A stretch of 64,000 nucleotides of DNA from an uncultured Photobacterium sp. (GCF_947039875.1 NZ_CAMRAN010000016.1:3592-67591); one strand, 5' to 3'; counted from the stretch's first letter, positions 35,863 to 47,625 are shown. The notes: a model not told the origin generated them from the letters alone. Numbers and translations: made by a program.

Positions 35863-37102
35863 ATTTGTCCCAGATTAGACGAGAATCTAAGCTCTCTGCT
35901 GCTAACATTGTTAAGATAACGACCATGGCAAAAGCGATTGCTCCAGGTCCAGGCGTGAAATCAAGAATTTGTCCACGATCGATTAACGCGACCATAATCG
36001 CGATAACAAAAAGATCCATGACTGACCATTTTCCAATCCAATGCACCATTCGAAAAATACGCATACGTTGTAGGCGGTGGCGATGTTGTTTAAATTGAAT
36101 GCATAACAATATATATGCTAACCCAATGATTTTAGCGACGGGAACAACAATACTAGCAACAAATATAATGATGGCAATACTCGTCATTCCTGTTTTAACC
36201 AATCCAGCCACTCCTGAAAAGATAGTATCTTCAATACGCTTGCCGTTATTCATAAAGATAGAAATAGGATAAAGGTTTGCGGGTAAAATGAAAATACTGG
36301 CGGTAATAAGGTAAGCCCATGTTTTTTGTAGCGACTTAGGAATTCGATGATGCAAGTGGCTATCACAACGGCGGCAATTGGGTAATGCTTCTTGGGTTAA
36401 TTGACAGCAATGGCAAACAGTATCGAGCTTATCACTGATATGTTCATCTTCTGGTTGCCATGCATCCCAGTAACGACGAACACTGATTTTCGTTAGTAAT
36501 ACTGACAATAATATTTGCATACTGATTAAACAATATAATCCTACGCCAACATAAATTTCCGCTACCTCTTGTACTTTAAAACATGAAATAGCCAAGCTAA
36601 CTAAGAAGACCTCTAACATTGTCCATTGTTTTAAATGGGACAAGATCCATAACGACATTTTAAAAATACGGAAGTATCGAAGACGTAATGAGAACTGCGC
36701 GCTCAAAACTGCACTGATCAGTAATAAGGGGGCAATGGCACTACAAAAAAGAATTAATATGGCGACAGCGGGGAAAGTCGGTGCGAGTGCTATGGTGCCA
36801 GATGCCAGTGTGGCGGGGATCATTTGACCCACTAGACGAATAGTAATTAGCGGTAAACTAATAGTGGGGATATAAATAATAAGACAAGCAACCGCAAGCG
36901 CTAATTCTGCATTAAAGTGTGCAATACCACCGCGATAGAGTCGAGTATGACAACGTGGGCAATAGGCACTGTGTCCTTGTGTTGCCGTTTCAGGCTGCAC
37001 AAGTAAATCGCAGCCTGGGCAGCGTCGAGCCTTCGACATGGTGCGTTTCTTCCTTTTGTAATGAGGTGCACAAAAGCGCTCATTGAGTGTCGAGTTATCC
37101 AT
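35843..37102 (-). CDS. letA: LetA (YebS), PqiA-family integral membrane protein
   Basis: Two PqiA-type repeats are each preceded by CxxC...CxxC zinc-ribbon motifs (CPGCDL...CPRCH; CHCCQL...CRRCD). Confidence 0.85.
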   Translation of the reverse strand: MDNSTLNERFCAPHYKRKKRTMSKARRCPGCDLLVQPETATQGHSAYCPRCHTRLYRGGIAHFNAELALAVACLIIYIPTISLPLITIRLVGQMIPATLASGTIALAPTFPAVAILILFCSAIAPLLLISAVLSAQFSLRLRYFRIFKMSLWILSHLKQWTMLEVFLVSLAISCFKVQEVAEIYVGVGLYCLISMQILLSVLLTKISVRRYWDAWQPEDEHISDKLDTVCHCCQLTQEALPNCRRCDSHLHHRIPKSLQKTWAYLITASIFILPANLYPISIFMNNGKRIEDTIFSGVAGLVKTGMTSIAIIIFVASIVVPVAKIIGLAYILLCIQFKQHRHRLQRMRIFRMVHWIGKWSVMDLFVIAIMVALIDRGQILDFTPGPGAIAFAMVVILTMLAAESLDSRLIWDKYEQRTK

Positions 37103-37154
37103 TGTTAATACAAACGATGAATACTCTCAATGAGCGCCGATCGATGACACTATA

Positions 37155-39008
37155 TTATTTTGCGTTGACGCTGGCTACTGCTTCGTGAGAATCGATATGA
37201 TGAGAAGGGACGTCAACTGACTGAATTGGCCCATAAAGTGTTTGATATAGCCCTTGTGTATTGACTAACTCTAAGTGTGTACCTGACTGGCTAACTAAAC
37301 CATCTTCAAGTACATAAATAATGTCAGCTTGTTTTACGGCAGATAAACGATGAGCAACAATAAGCGTGGTTTTATTTTTCAAAAAGCCATTAAGTGCGGA
37401 ATGTAGTGCTGCTTCTGTTGAGGTGTCTAATGCTGATGTCGCTTCATCAAGAATAACAAACTCAGGATTGGTTAGTACCATACGCGCAATGGCTAATCGT
37501 TGACGCTGCCCGCCAGATAAGCGAATACCTTGACGGCCAATTTCAGTATCTAAGCCATGGGTCAAGCGTTCTGTTACATCAGCAAGTTGAGCGATATCTA
37601 ATGCTTGCCATAATTGTTCATCACTAAATGATGCGCCAAGGGTTAAGTTATGACGTAACGTTTCATTAAATAACACGGGTTGTTGTAATACCACCGCCAT
37701 TTTTTCACGTAAGGCTTCATAGCTAACGGCTTCAATAGGATGGCTGTTTATTAAAATGTCACCACTATTTTTTTGATAAATACCTAATAGTAATTGAATT
37801 AATGTCGATTTACCGCCGCCAGAGGCTCCCACCAAAGCCACACGCTTACCAGCTGGAATATCAAGGTTTAAGCCGCAGAGCACTTCTTTGTCGTTATCAT
37901 AAGAAAAATGTAAGTTGCGAATTTTAATAGCAATGGTTTGATTATCATTAAAAGGGTAAACCGTTGCTGGTAGACGGGTTTCTTCTTCCAATGATAATAA
38001 ACTATTAAGACGTTGCATTGCCGCAGATGCGCTATACCAAGCGAATTGAATACCTAATAATTCTTGAATTGGCCCTAACATAAACCATAGATAACTAAAG
38101 ACAGCTAACATTTCACCAATGGTTAAATTACTAAATAACACCATCAACATGGCGACAGCGCGAAATATCTCAAATCCGATTAAGAATAAGAGAAAGGAAA
38201 CACGACCAGCAGCTTCTGATTGCCACGCATATTTATCAGCACTGTGGCGAATATCATTGGCATTGCCTTTTAATTGTTCTAAAAAATCATGTTCACGGTT
38301 AGAGGCACGTAATTGATATAGGCCATCTAATACCTCAATTAGACGATGTTGAAAGACTTCATAAGATTTGTTTTCTTTACTTTTTAAATTTTTAACGCGA
38401 CTGCCCATTAGTTTAGAGGCATAAACAACAATAGGGTTGATGATCAAAATGAAAAGTCCAAGCTTCCAATCTAACCACAATAGAACCCCAGCAGTACCGA
38501 CGACGGTAAAGAGCCCAATAATAAAGCGGCTTAATGTATCACCAACAAATTTATCAATCGTTTCAACATCAGTTATAAGGTGGGAGCTAATACCACCGCT
38601 GCCACGCTCTTCATACTGACGCATGCTTATGCGGCCTAATTTATCCAATAAATATTGGCGTAAGTTATAGGTTATATCTTTTGATACTAATGTGAATTGT
38701 CTACTTTGCAGTATATTCAACGCCTGACTAACTGTGCGCATTAATACGACTAAGACCAGTACGAGTAAAATATATCCCGTTGCATTGTGCCAAGCTGAAG
38801 GTAGAAGGGCGTTGAGATAAGTGATGCCTTCACCGGGTTTATGCAATAAAACTTCATCTACCATTAACGGCATTAAAAGTGGGATAGGTACACTGATTAA
38901 AGTTGCAATAACTGCAATAATGTTTGCAACAAGTAATCTTGGTTTATGTAACTTAGCTTGTCGTAGTAACCAAGACCAATTAATCATAAGATGGTTCTTA
39001 TCTTTCAC
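37155..39008 (-). CDS. ABC exporter, fused permease/ATPase (MsbA/MdlB-like)
   Basis: An N-terminal 6-TM domain is followed by Walker A GASGGGKST, the signature LSGGQRQR and Walker B FVILDEATSALD. Confidence 0.9.
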   Translation of the reverse strand: MKDKNHLMINWSWLLRQAKLHKPRLLVANIIAVIATLISVPIPLLMPLMVDEVLLHKPGEGITYLNALLPSAWHNATGYILLVLVLVVLMRTVSQALNILQSRQFTLVSKDITYNLRQYLLDKLGRISMRQYEERGSGGISSHLITDVETIDKFVGDTLSRFIIGLFTVVGTAGVLLWLDWKLGLFILIINPIVVYASKLMGSRVKNLKSKENKSYEVFQHRLIEVLDGLYQLRASNREHDFLEQLKGNANDIRHSADKYAWQSEAAGRVSFLLFLIGFEIFRAVAMLMVLFSNLTIGEMLAVFSYLWFMLGPIQELLGIQFAWYSASAAMQRLNSLLSLEEETRLPATVYPFNDNQTIAIKIRNLHFSYDNDKEVLCGLNLDIPAGKRVALVGASGGGKSTLIQLLLGIYQKNSGDILINSHPIEAVSYEALREKMAVVLQQPVLFNETLRHNLTLGASFSDEQLWQALDIAQLADVTERLTHGLDTEIGRQGIRLSGGQRQRLAIARMVLTNPEFVILDEATSALDTSTEAALHSALNGFLKNKTTLIVAHRLSAVKQADIIYVLEDGLVSQSGTHLELVNTQGLYQTLYGPIQSVDVPSHHIDSHEAVASVNAK

Positions 39009-39073
39009 TATGAGAATAATTCCTATTATTAATGTTATTCTTGCTATTCTAACGGCTATATACGGAGTAAGCT

Positions 39074-39532
39074 ATGAGAAACACAACGGCTTTTTATTAT
39101 CGGCTCACCCAACAAGCATTGGCACTAATTGAAGGTGAAACAGATCTTATTGCTAATCTATCTAATATTAGTGCGCTATTAAATATGGAGTTAGAACAAA
39201 TTAATTGGGTTGGATTTTATTTGCTTAAACAAGAGCAATTAGTCTTGGGTCCATTCCAAGGAAATCCAGCTTGTGTTCGTATTCCTGTTGGGCGAGGTGT
39301 GTGTGGCACCGCTATTTCTGAAAATAAGGTGCAACGTATTGCGGATGTACATACTTTCCCTGGACACATTGCTTGTGATGCTACCAGTAATTCAGAAATC
39401 GTTATTCCGCTTACAGTAAAGGGAAAATTAATCGGCGTGCTGGATATTGATAGCCCAAATTTGTCAAGATTTGACCAAAATGATGAACAAGGTCTAGTTT
39501 CTTTTGTAGAAGCACTACAAAAAGTACTCTAA
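39074..39532 (+). CDS. msrC: GAF-domain free methionine-(R)-sulfoxide reductase (YebR/MsrC)
   Basis: NWVGFYL...LVLGPFQGNPACVRIPVGRGVCGTA...HIACDATSNSEIVIPL is the typical fRMsr pattern with its conserved Cys residues. Confidence 0.85.
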   Translation: MRNTTAFYYRLTQQALALIEGETDLIANLSNISALLNMELEQINWVGFYLLKQEQLVLGPFQGNPACVRIPVGRGVCGTAISENKVQRIADVHTFPGHIACDATSNSEIVIPLTVKGKLIGVLDIDSPNLSRFDQNDEQGLVSFVEALQKVL

Positions 39533-39641
39533 TTTCATGCTTTCGGTGGTTTTTCCTCGTTAGGTAATTATAATAGCAGCACTATTTCTTTTTGAACAAA
39601 GCACAAACAACGAGCAATCCTCGTTTATGTCAGGAAACTCC

Positions 39642-40274
39642 ATGGAAAACTCTGAAAAGTTAACGAACAGTAAAGAAGTTATTGCATACATCGCTGAGCG
39701 TTTCCCTAAATGTTTCACTGTTGAAGGTGAAGCTAAGCCACTTAAAATTGGTATCTTCCAAGACCTTGCAGAGCGTCTGAATGAAGATCCAAAAGTAAGC
39801 AAGACTCAGTTACGTACAGCGTTACGTCAATACACATCTTCTTGGCGTTACCTTCACGGTGTTAAAGCGGGTGTAAACCGTGTTGATCTAGATGGTAACG
39901 ATTGTGATATTCTAGAGCAAGAGCACGTTGAGCATGCGCTTAAAGCTTTAGAAGAAAGCAAAGCTAAAGTACGTACTCGTCGTAAAGAGCAAGCGATTGC
40001 AAAAGCGGCTAAAGAAGGCGAAGTTAAAAAAGTACGAGCAAAAACAGCTAAATCTAGCAATACTAAGCCAAAAACAGCTAGTATTAAGAAGAAGCCTGTA
40101 GAAACGACACGTGCGCTTAATGCTGATGAAGTAATTGTAGGCAAAAATGTTCAGGTGAACATGGGTTCAGGTAATATGCCTGCGACTATTGTTGAAATCA
40201 ATAAAGACGATGTGCGAGTTCGTTTAAATAATGGCCTAGTAATGGCTGTTAAAGCGGAGCACTTGCGTTCATAA
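39642..40274 (+). CDS. proQ: RNA chaperone ProQ
   Basis: [39 protein letters not shown] is the FinO-like N-terminus. It is followed by a Lys/Ala-rich linker and a Tudor-like C-terminus. The gene lies upstream of prc. Confidence 0.9.
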   Translation: MENSEKLTNSKEVIAYIAERFPKCFTVEGEAKPLKIGIFQDLAERLNEDPKVSKTQLRTALRQYTSSWRYLHGVKAGVNRVDLDGNDCDILEQEHVEHALKALEESKAKVRTRRKEQAIAKAAKEGEVKKVRAKTAKSSNTKPKTASIKKKPVETTRALNADEVIVGKNVQVNMGSGNMPATIVEINKDDVRVRLNNGLVMAVKAEHLRS

Positions 40275-40291
40275 AGGAGAGTGCGCGACAC

Positions 40292-42295
40292 ATGAATTGT
40301 CGATTCCGTTTCTCACTGATAGCTGCTGGCATGATGTTAGCAGGTTCGGTTCAAGCCTCTGAGGCTAAGTATTCATTAAGTGATGTGCCGCATCTTGCTT
40401 CTGAAAAGCAGCATGAAACGGCAAGCACTAGGGTGGCTTCGCGTTATACGCGTTCTCACTATAAGCATTTTACACTTGATGATCAGTTTTCTGGACAAGT
40501 ATTCAATCGTTATATTGAAATGCTTGATTATAATAAAAGCTTTCTCAACGTTACAGATGTCGAGCAGTTTGGTAAATGGAAAAACCAGTTAGATGATCAA
40601 CTGAAATCAGGAAATACATCTGCTGCGTTTGATATCTTTAACAAAGTCCTTCAACGTCGTTTTGAACGGTATCAATTTGCACTTACGCAATTAGATACTG
40701 AAATCAAATTCGATGGTCAAGATAATTTTGTTATTGATCGTTCAGAGCTTGGATGGCCAAAAAACAATACTGAACTCAATGAGATTTGGAAGCAACGCGT
40801 TAAATATGATGCGCTAAATCTTAAACTTGCTGGAAAGAAGTGGCCTGAAATTCAAAAGACGTTAACTAAACGCTATAACAATGCAATTAAACGTCTAACG
40901 CAAACACACAGTGAAGATGTATTTCAGCTCTATATGAATGCCTTCTCACGTGAGGTTGATCCACATACAAGCTATTTATCGCCACGTAATGCTGAACAAT
41001 TTCAGGCAGAGATGAATCTGTCATTAGAAGGAATTGGTGCAGTTTTACAGGTTGAAGATGACTATACCAAAATTCGTTCTTTAGTTGCTGGTGGACCAGC
41101 ATCGAACTCGAAAAAAATCACAACAGGTGATCGCATTATTGGCGTAGGCCAAGAAGGCAAGAAAATTGTTGATGTCATTGGTTGGCGTCTTGACGATGTT
41201 GTACAGTTAATCAAAGGGCCGAAAGGCAGTAAGGTTATCCTGGATATACTACCTGAAGGCAATAATGCAAAGAGTTACACCGTAACTATTGTACGCGACA
41301 AGATTCGTCTTGAAGATCGTGCAGCGAAATCGGAAGTGAAAACTGTCGATGGTAAAAAAATTGGTGTAATCGAGATTCCAAGCTTTTACATGGGGTTATC
41401 AGAAGACACCAAAAAAGAACTGATTAAATTAAATAATCAGAAGGTTGATGGTGTTGTGATCGACTTACGTAATAATGGCGGTGGTGCACTAACTGAAGCA
41501 ACTGCATTAACAGGACTCTTTATTGCTAGTGGACCTGTAGTGCAAGTTCGAGACAGTTATGGTCGAATTAAAGTTAATGGTGATTCAGATGGTCAAATTT
41601 CTTTTGGTGGACCATTAACCGTATTAATTAACCGTTATAGTGCATCAGCGTCAGAAATTTTTGCTGCCGCTATGCAAGATTACGGACGCGCTATTGTTTT
41701 AGGTGAACAATCTTTTGGTAAAGGTACGGTGCAACAACACCGGTCATTAAATCATCTTTATGATTTATTCGATAAACCATTAGGCCATGTTCAATATACT
41801 ATTCAAAAATTCTACCGTATTAATGGTGGAAGTACTCAGAACCTAGGTGTTGTGCCTGATATTTCTTTTCCTTCAGCGATTGATCCTGCTGAAACAGGAG
41901 AGAGTGTTGAAGATAATGCATTACCTTGGGATAGTATAAAACCTGCAGGTTATAAGAAGTTACATAATTACACTACGCTTGTACCGAAACTAAGAGCTGA
42001 ACACCAAGCCCGTATTAAAAATAATATGGAGTTTGGTTTTATCAATGAAGATATTTTGACCTATAAGAAGGAAAAAGATATCAATACGATTTCATTGAAT
42101 GAAAAGAGACGTGTAGCCGAACAAGATAAAGAAGATTCAGATCATTTAGCCCGCTTAAATAAACGTCAAAAAGCATTAGGTAAAAAACCTTTTGTTAATT
42201 TGGATGCGGTGCCAAAAGATTATGAAGCACCAGATGTTTATCTTGATGAAGCTGTCGCGACAACAGCTGATTTTAGTGATCAGAAACAATCGTAA
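40292..42295 (+). CDS. prc: Tail-specific (C-terminal processing) protease Prc
   Basis: The 667-aa product has a signal peptide, a PDZ region (GIGAVLQVEDDYTKIRSLVAGGPA) and the S41 catalytic region (DLRNNGGG, SASASEIFA, GKGTVQ). Confidence 0.95.
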   Translation: MNCRFRFSLIAAGMMLAGSVQASEAKYSLSDVPHLASEKQHETASTRVASRYTRSHYKHFTLDDQFSGQVFNRYIEMLDYNKSFLNVTDVEQFGKWKNQLDDQLKSGNTSAAFDIFNKVLQRRFERYQFALTQLDTEIKFDGQDNFVIDRSELGWPKNNTELNEIWKQRVKYDALNLKLAGKKWPEIQKTLTKRYNNAIKRLTQTHSEDVFQLYMNAFSREVDPHTSYLSPRNAEQFQAEMNLSLEGIGAVLQVEDDYTKIRSLVAGGPASNSKKITTGDRIIGVGQEGKKIVDVIGWRLDDVVQLIKGPKGSKVILDILPEGNNAKSYTVTIVRDKIRLEDRAAKSEVKTVDGKKIGVIEIPSFYMGLSEDTKKELIKLNNQKVDGVVIDLRNNGGGALTEATALTGLFIASGPVVQVRDSYGRIKVNGDSDGQISFGGPLTVLINRYSASASEIFAAAMQDYGRAIVLGEQSFGKGTVQQHRSLNHLYDLFDKPLGHVQYTIQKFYRINGGSTQNLGVVPDISFPSAIDPAETGESVEDNALPWDSIKPAGYKKLHNYTTLVPKLRAEHQARIKNNMEFGFINEDILTYKKEKDINTISLNEKRRVAEQDKEDSDHLARLNKRQKALGKKPFVNLDAVPKDYEAPDVYLDEAVATTADFSDQKQS

Positions 42296-42528
42296 TAATG
42301 GGTAACGGAATGACATTAGTGTGTTGATGTCACTATTATTAAAGCGCTCTTAGGAGCGCTTTTTTTGATCGTACCTTTTTATGTCTTATTTTTGAGATAG
42401 ATTAAATCACAAAGTGTGATATTACGCATATTTTTCATCGAGAATTAGGTTTCCCAACTAGCTTTAAGTATATGACCTCTGAAATTTAAAAGAGGCAACT
42501 CAAAAGCTAAAATATCCATCAAGGGGAA

Positions 42529-43200
42529 ATGCGTATGATGAAGGCGTTTTATTTTTTCTGGTTATTTATTTTAAGTTTATTTAGTTTTCACTCTGTTGCT
42601 GATGATATTACTGAATTTGATTATCCATTTTTATTGGGTAATTGGTATTGGTTTAGTGAACAACAAGAAGGTATTGAAAGTGATGGCGAACGGTATCGTG
42701 CAATGCATGTCATGTTCAAATCAGATTATCAATTTGCGATGCGCTTATTACGAATAGATGGTCAAGTTGAGCAGTGGACGGGTGGTTATGATATTGATGA
42801 TACCAATATTACTTTTATTTCAGCAGGTGAAGATGATCAAATTCATACTTACTTACTAAACTATAATCGATTTGTACTTGATGGTGCTCAGTTTACTAAA
42901 TTGGCGCCAGAGCATTTGGCGGGAAACTGGCGAACAAAAGATATTTCAGGTCAAGACGTTGCTGATAATATTTCAGAGTTTGTATTGTCATTACGACCAG
43001 ACTTTTTATTTTCTGCAGAAATATCTAATCAAGCAGGCAAAACAAAAGAACATCGTGGTGTGTATTATTTAGAAGATGATCAAATTGTGCTGTTATATGA
43101 AGAAGGACAACATGATAGCCGCTTTGTATTGAATGGGCAGAATACGCTAACGCTGACGAATAAATATTTTGGTATGGAAGCAATATTAAATAGAGAGTAA
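42529..43200 (+). CDS. Secreted hypothetical protein
   Basis: The signal peptide is MKAFYFFWLFILSLFSFHSVA. I see two repeated halves (GNWYW... / GNWRT...) suggesting a beta-barrel or lipocalin-like fold. Start choice among 42529, 42535 and 42538 is uncertain. Confidence 0.6.
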   Translation: MRMMKAFYFFWLFILSLFSFHSVADDITEFDYPFLLGNWYWFSEQQEGIESDGERYRAMHVMFKSDYQFAMRLLRIDGQVEQWTGGYDIDDTNITFISAGEDDQIHTYLLNYNRFVLDGAQFTKLAPEHLAGNWRTKDISGQDVADNISEFVLSLRPDFLFSAEISNQAGKTKEHRGVYYLEDDQIVLLYEEGQHDSRFVLNGQNTLTLTNKYFGMEAILNRE

Positions 43201-43293
43201 TCACTACGATGAGTTGTATTGATGATGACGTAGAAAAGTAAAAAAGCGAACAAGAGCTGTTCGCTTTTTTATTTAAGGAATTTAGGTAAGTAT

Positions 43294-44493
43294 TTATTCG
43301 TTAACTAATTGAAATGCTGTGCGTAATTGATCAAGATAGTTTTCATCACGACAAATACTTTTACCCGGTTCGTCCGATATCTTCGCGACAGGACGACCTT
43401 CACATTCTGTTAGTTTTAAAACAACATTCAGTGTTTTCACATCGGGTAGGTCACAAGTAAGTTGTGTACCAATACCAAAGCTCACATTAATACGATCATT
43501 AAAATGTTTGTAAATTACTAATGCTTTATCAAGAGTTAGGCTATCAGAAAATACTAAAGATTTTATCTTAGGATCAATACCTAAGTTTTGGTAGTGTGCA
43601 ATGGCTTTTTCACCCCAAGAAATAGGATCACCACTGTCATGGCGTAAACCAATAAAACGCTCTGAAAGACGCTGATCGAAGTCACGTAAAAAAGCATCCA
43701 TATTGATACAGTCTGTTAGTGCTATACCTAAATCATGAGGATATTCTTGTAACCAGCGGTTTAGAGCAAGTTGTTGAGAGTCAGCCAATTCCCCAGAAAG
43801 TTGTTGATGTGCTTGGAACCACTCATGTGCTTGAGTACCAACAGGGGTCAATCCGCGAGTGTAAGCTAAATAGTAATTCGATGTGCCTTTAAATTCAGGC
43901 ATGTTATCTTTTAGGTAATCAACAACATGGTGATGAACATCTTTAGAAAAACGGCGCCGCGTTCCAAAATCAACTAATGCAAATTGGCTTAAATCACAGT
44001 TTTTCGCATCATGATAAAAACGGTCAATTTTAGTTTTTAATTGTTTAATTGCAATGGCAGCAGTTGCTTGTGGGTAAAGATGCTTACAGCGCGTTTCACA
44101 GATAATGGCAAGTAGTGGTACTTCCCATAAAATGATATCAAGCCAAGTGCCACGAATCGTAATCGCGAGTTGATCACCTGAAGCATCAATTTCAACATTA
44201 TTAGCATTAAGTTTGAAATTTTTTAAAAATGCAAGGTAATCAGCATGGAAAAAAGTCAGAGTCGATAAAAAATCGAGTTCACCTTGGGTGAAAGATAAGG
44301 TCGCAATGTGATCAATTTGTGCTTGAATTTCAGCAGCATAAGGACGTAAATCTTCTTCGCTACGGCAATGAAATTCGGCTACAGCTTCAACGCCTGGGTA
44401 TTGATGGAAAACTGCTTGTTGCATATGCAGTTTATAAGCATCAGTATCAAGCAGGGAGTCGATAACCCCATTATTGTGTCTGTTATTATTCAT
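43294..44493 (-). CDS. pncB: Nicotinate phosphoribosyltransferase
   Basis: The 399-aa product contains [24 protein letters not shown] and GTQAHEW. It is divergent from pepN as in E. coli. Confidence 0.95.
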   Translation of the reverse strand: MNNNRHNNGVIDSLLDTDAYKLHMQQAVFHQYPGVEAVAEFHCRSEEDLRPYAAEIQAQIDHIATLSFTQGELDFLSTLTFFHADYLAFLKNFKLNANNVEIDASGDQLAITIRGTWLDIILWEVPLLAIICETRCKHLYPQATAAIAIKQLKTKIDRFYHDAKNCDLSQFALVDFGTRRRFSKDVHHHVVDYLKDNMPEFKGTSNYYLAYTRGLTPVGTQAHEWFQAHQQLSGELADSQQLALNRWLQEYPHDLGIALTDCINMDAFLRDFDQRLSERFIGLRHDSGDPISWGEKAIAHYQNLGIDPKIKSLVFSDSLTLDKALVIYKHFNDRINVSFGIGTQLTCDLPDVKTLNVVLKLTECEGRPVAKISDEPGKSICRDENYLDQLRTAFQLVNE

Positions 44494-44872
44494 ACCTGGT
44501 AGTAGATACTCAAATTAATAAACTTAAAGAATTTATTTTTATAATTATAGGGTCTTTAAATTCAATGTCTTGGACATGATTTATAAGGCTTAGTAAATAA
44601 ATAACTAAACTATTTAACTGGTGTGAGATTGTGACCTAAGAGGTGAACTACGTCAAGGAATATCAAGTTTACGCATTGTGACTGTTGCATTAATCATCTC
44701 AACGTGTATCACGAGTAAACCACGGAAACGATTATGTTTGTATTAATATATATTGTCGACGAAGTCATGCTTGAAAAGTGTTATTGGTGACACAATATTA
44801 ATACATAACAGTCAACATTAATCGGTCGCTCGTGCGCCTAGCATTTGATCAATCATAAAGGATATAAAAATA

Positions 44873-47503
44873 ATGACAGAACATTCTACTGTGACTCAAC
44901 CTGCGGCAAAATATCGTTCAGACTATCGCTCGCCTGATTACACCATTACAGATATCGATCTGACATTTGACCTTCATGATACCAAAACAACTGTTGTTGC
45001 CGTTAGTCATGTAGTACGACTTAGTGATCAAGTAAATGCTGAGTTAGTGTTAGATGGTGATGATTTAACATTGATCAGTGTGACGGTGAATGGCCAAGCG
45101 TGGTCAGATTACCACCAGCAGTCAGGCCATTTGACGTTAACTCATCTTCCTGCTGATTTTGAATTAGCAATTACGACTGAAATTAATCCTGAAGCTAATA
45201 CGCTACTTGAAGGTCTATATAAATCTGGTGGTGGTTTTTGTACTCAGTGTGAAGCAGAAGGTTTCCGCCGCATTACGTTCTATTTAGATCGCCCTGATGT
45301 TTTAGCACGTTTCACTACTAAAATTATTGCAGACAAAGCCGATTTTCCTTACATGCTAAGTAATGGTAATCGAATAGCGGAAGGCGAGCTTGATAATGGT
45401 CGCCATTGGGTACAGTGGCAAGACCCATTCCCTAAACCATCTTACTTATTTGCACTCGTTGCTGGTGATTTTGATGTATTGCGCGACACATTCACCACCA
45501 TGAGTGGACGTGATGTTGCACTAGAAATTTTTGTCGATAAAGGTAATCTTGATCGTGCTGATTATGCAATGACATCATTGAAGAATTCCATGAAGTGGGA
45601 TGAAGAACGTTTCGGTCTTGAATACGATCTAGATATTTACATGATTGTGGCGGTTGATTTCTTTAATATGGGTGCAATGGAGAATAAAGGTCTCAATGTC
45701 TTTAACTCTAAGTTTGTATTAGCAAATCCAAATACCGCAACAGATACTGACTATCAAGGTATTGAAGCAGTGATTGGTCATGAGTATTTTCACAATTGGA
45801 CTGGTAACCGTGTTACTTGTCGTGATTGGTTTCAATTAAGCTTAAAAGAAGGCTTAACGGTTTTCCGTGATCAAGAGTTTTCTTCAGATTTAGGCTCTCG
45901 ACCTGTTAACCGTATTGCTAATGTGCGTATTGTTCGTGGTCCACAATTTGCTGAAGATCGTGGCCCAATGTCTCATCCAATTCGTCCTGAAAAAGTTATT
46001 CAAATGAATAACTTCTATACATTAACCGTGTATGAAAAGGGCAGTGAAGTGATCCGTATGCTGCATACCTTATTGGGTGAAGCAAATTTCCAAGCGGGCA
46101 TGAAGCTATACTTTGAGCGACATGATGGTACAGCAGCAACCTGTGATGATTTCGCACAAGCAATGGAAGATGCTTCTGGGATTGATTTAAGTCGTTTCCG
46201 TCGTTGGTACAGTCAAGCAGGTACACCGGTTGTTAGTGTATCAACCACTTATGATGCACCAGCGAAGAGTTACGCTGTCACTATTAAGCAGCAAACGCTA
46301 CCAACAGCCGAGCAAGTTGAAAAGCAACCACTGCATATTCCGTTTGATATTGAACTGTACAATAGCAAAGGTGAAGTGATTGCCTTACAAATCAATGGTG
46401 AAACAGTACATAATGTACTTGATGTAAAAGAAGCAGAGCAAACATTTGTATTTGAGAATGTCGCAGAGCAGCCTGTCATTTCGATGTTACGTGAATTCTC
46501 AGCACCAGTGATTTTAGAATATGATTACACTGATGATGAGTTGATTTTCTTAATGGTTAATGCATCGAATGAATTTGCTCGTTGGGATGCGGGACAAATG
46601 CTATTAGCGAAATATATTCGTCAGAATGTAACCCAAGTACAACAAGGTCACAGTGTAACGTTACCTGACGCTGTTATTGATGCGTTCCGTGGTGCATTAC
46701 TGGATGAAAATCTTGATCCTGCTTTTATTGCTGAAATGCTAACACTACCAAGTGAAAATGAAATTGCAGGTTGGTATACAACTGTTGACGTTGATGCGAT
46801 CAATCAGGTTGTGGGTGCATTTACCCAGTTACTTGCTTCTGAAATGGAAGATGAGTTTAGTGCGATTTATCACAGCTTAACGCAAGGCAGCTATAGCTTA
46901 GATCATACGGCAATGGCACAACGCGCACTGCGTAATAAATGTTTGTCATACCTCGCATATACTGCACAAGGTAATGTTTTAGTTGCAGCGCAATATAAAG
47001 CAGCTGACAACATGACAGATACGATGGCCGCAATGTCGGCAGCCAATAATGCGCAACTTGATTGTCGTACAGAGCAAATGGCTGATTTCAGTGATAAGTG
47101 GAGCCATGATGGCTTAGTGATGGATAAATGGTTTATGTTGCAAGGTACCAATCCTGCGGCAGATGCATTAGAAAATGTGCGTCAGACAATGAATCATCCT
47201 ACATTTAGCTTGAAAAATCCTAACCGTACTCGTAGCTTAGTGGCGGGTTTTAGTGCTAATAACCCGGTACATTTCCATGCTAAAGATGGTTCAGGTTATG
47301 CGTTTTTAACTGAGATTTTAGAGATTTTAAATACCAGTAACCCACAAGTAGCAGCTCGTTTGATTGAGCCTTTACTTAAACTTCGCCAATACGATGCTAA
47401 CCGTCAGCAATTGATGCGTGAGCAGCTTGAAAAATTAGCGGCGATGGATAACTTGGCTAAAGACTTATTTGAAAAAATCCAAAAAGCGCTTGATCAAAAA
47501 TAA
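44873..47503 (+). CDS. pepN: Aminopeptidase N
   Basis: The 876-aa product has GAMEN, HEYFHNWTGNRVT (HExxH) and LKEGLTVF (the distal Glu). Confidence 0.95.
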   Translation: MTEHSTVTQPAAKYRSDYRSPDYTITDIDLTFDLHDTKTTVVAVSHVVRLSDQVNAELVLDGDDLTLISVTVNGQAWSDYHQQSGHLTLTHLPADFELAITTEINPEANTLLEGLYKSGGGFCTQCEAEGFRRITFYLDRPDVLARFTTKIIADKADFPYMLSNGNRIAEGELDNGRHWVQWQDPFPKPSYLFALVAGDFDVLRDTFTTMSGRDVALEIFVDKGNLDRADYAMTSLKNSMKWDEERFGLEYDLDIYMIVAVDFFNMGAMENKGLNVFNSKFVLANPNTATDTDYQGIEAVIGHEYFHNWTGNRVTCRDWFQLSLKEGLTVFRDQEFSSDLGSRPVNRIANVRIVRGPQFAEDRGPMSHPIRPEKVIQMNNFYTLTVYEKGSEVIRMLHTLLGEANFQAGMKLYFERHDGTAATCDDFAQAMEDASGIDLSRFRRWYSQAGTPVVSVSTTYDAPAKSYAVTIKQQTLPTAEQVEKQPLHIPFDIELYNSKGEVIALQINGETVHNVLDVKEAEQTFVFENVAEQPVISMLREFSAPVILEYDYTDDELIFLMVNASNEFARWDAGQMLLAKYIRQNVTQVQQGHSVTLPDAVIDAFRGALLDENLDPAFIAEMLTLPSENEIAGWYTTVDVDAINQVVGAFTQLLASEMEDEFSAIYHSLTQGSYSLDHTAMAQRALRNKCLSYLAYTAQGNVLVAAQYKAADNMTDTMAAMSAANNAQLDCRTEQMADFSDKWSHDGLVMDKWFMLQGTNPAADALENVRQTMNHPTFSLKNPNRTRSLVAGFSANNPVHFHAKDGSGYAFLTEILEILNTSNPQVAARLIEPLLKLRQYDANRQQLMREQLEKLAAMDNLAKDLFEKIQKALDQK

Positions 47504-47536
47504 ATAATTAATGATCTAACGCGATTGTAAATGCAA

Positions 47537-47576
47537 GTCAGTGACTAATTGATAATAAGTCACTGGCTTTTATTTT
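47537..47576 (+). terminator. Rho-independent terminator of pepN
   Basis: GTCAGTGACT-N11-AGTCACTGGC forms a 10-bp stem with one G-U pair, followed by TTTTATTTT. Confidence 0.6.
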
Positions 47577-47625
47577 ATCTTATTGTTTTAACCGATTTGA
47601 TATTACAACGAATAGGGAATTAGCG

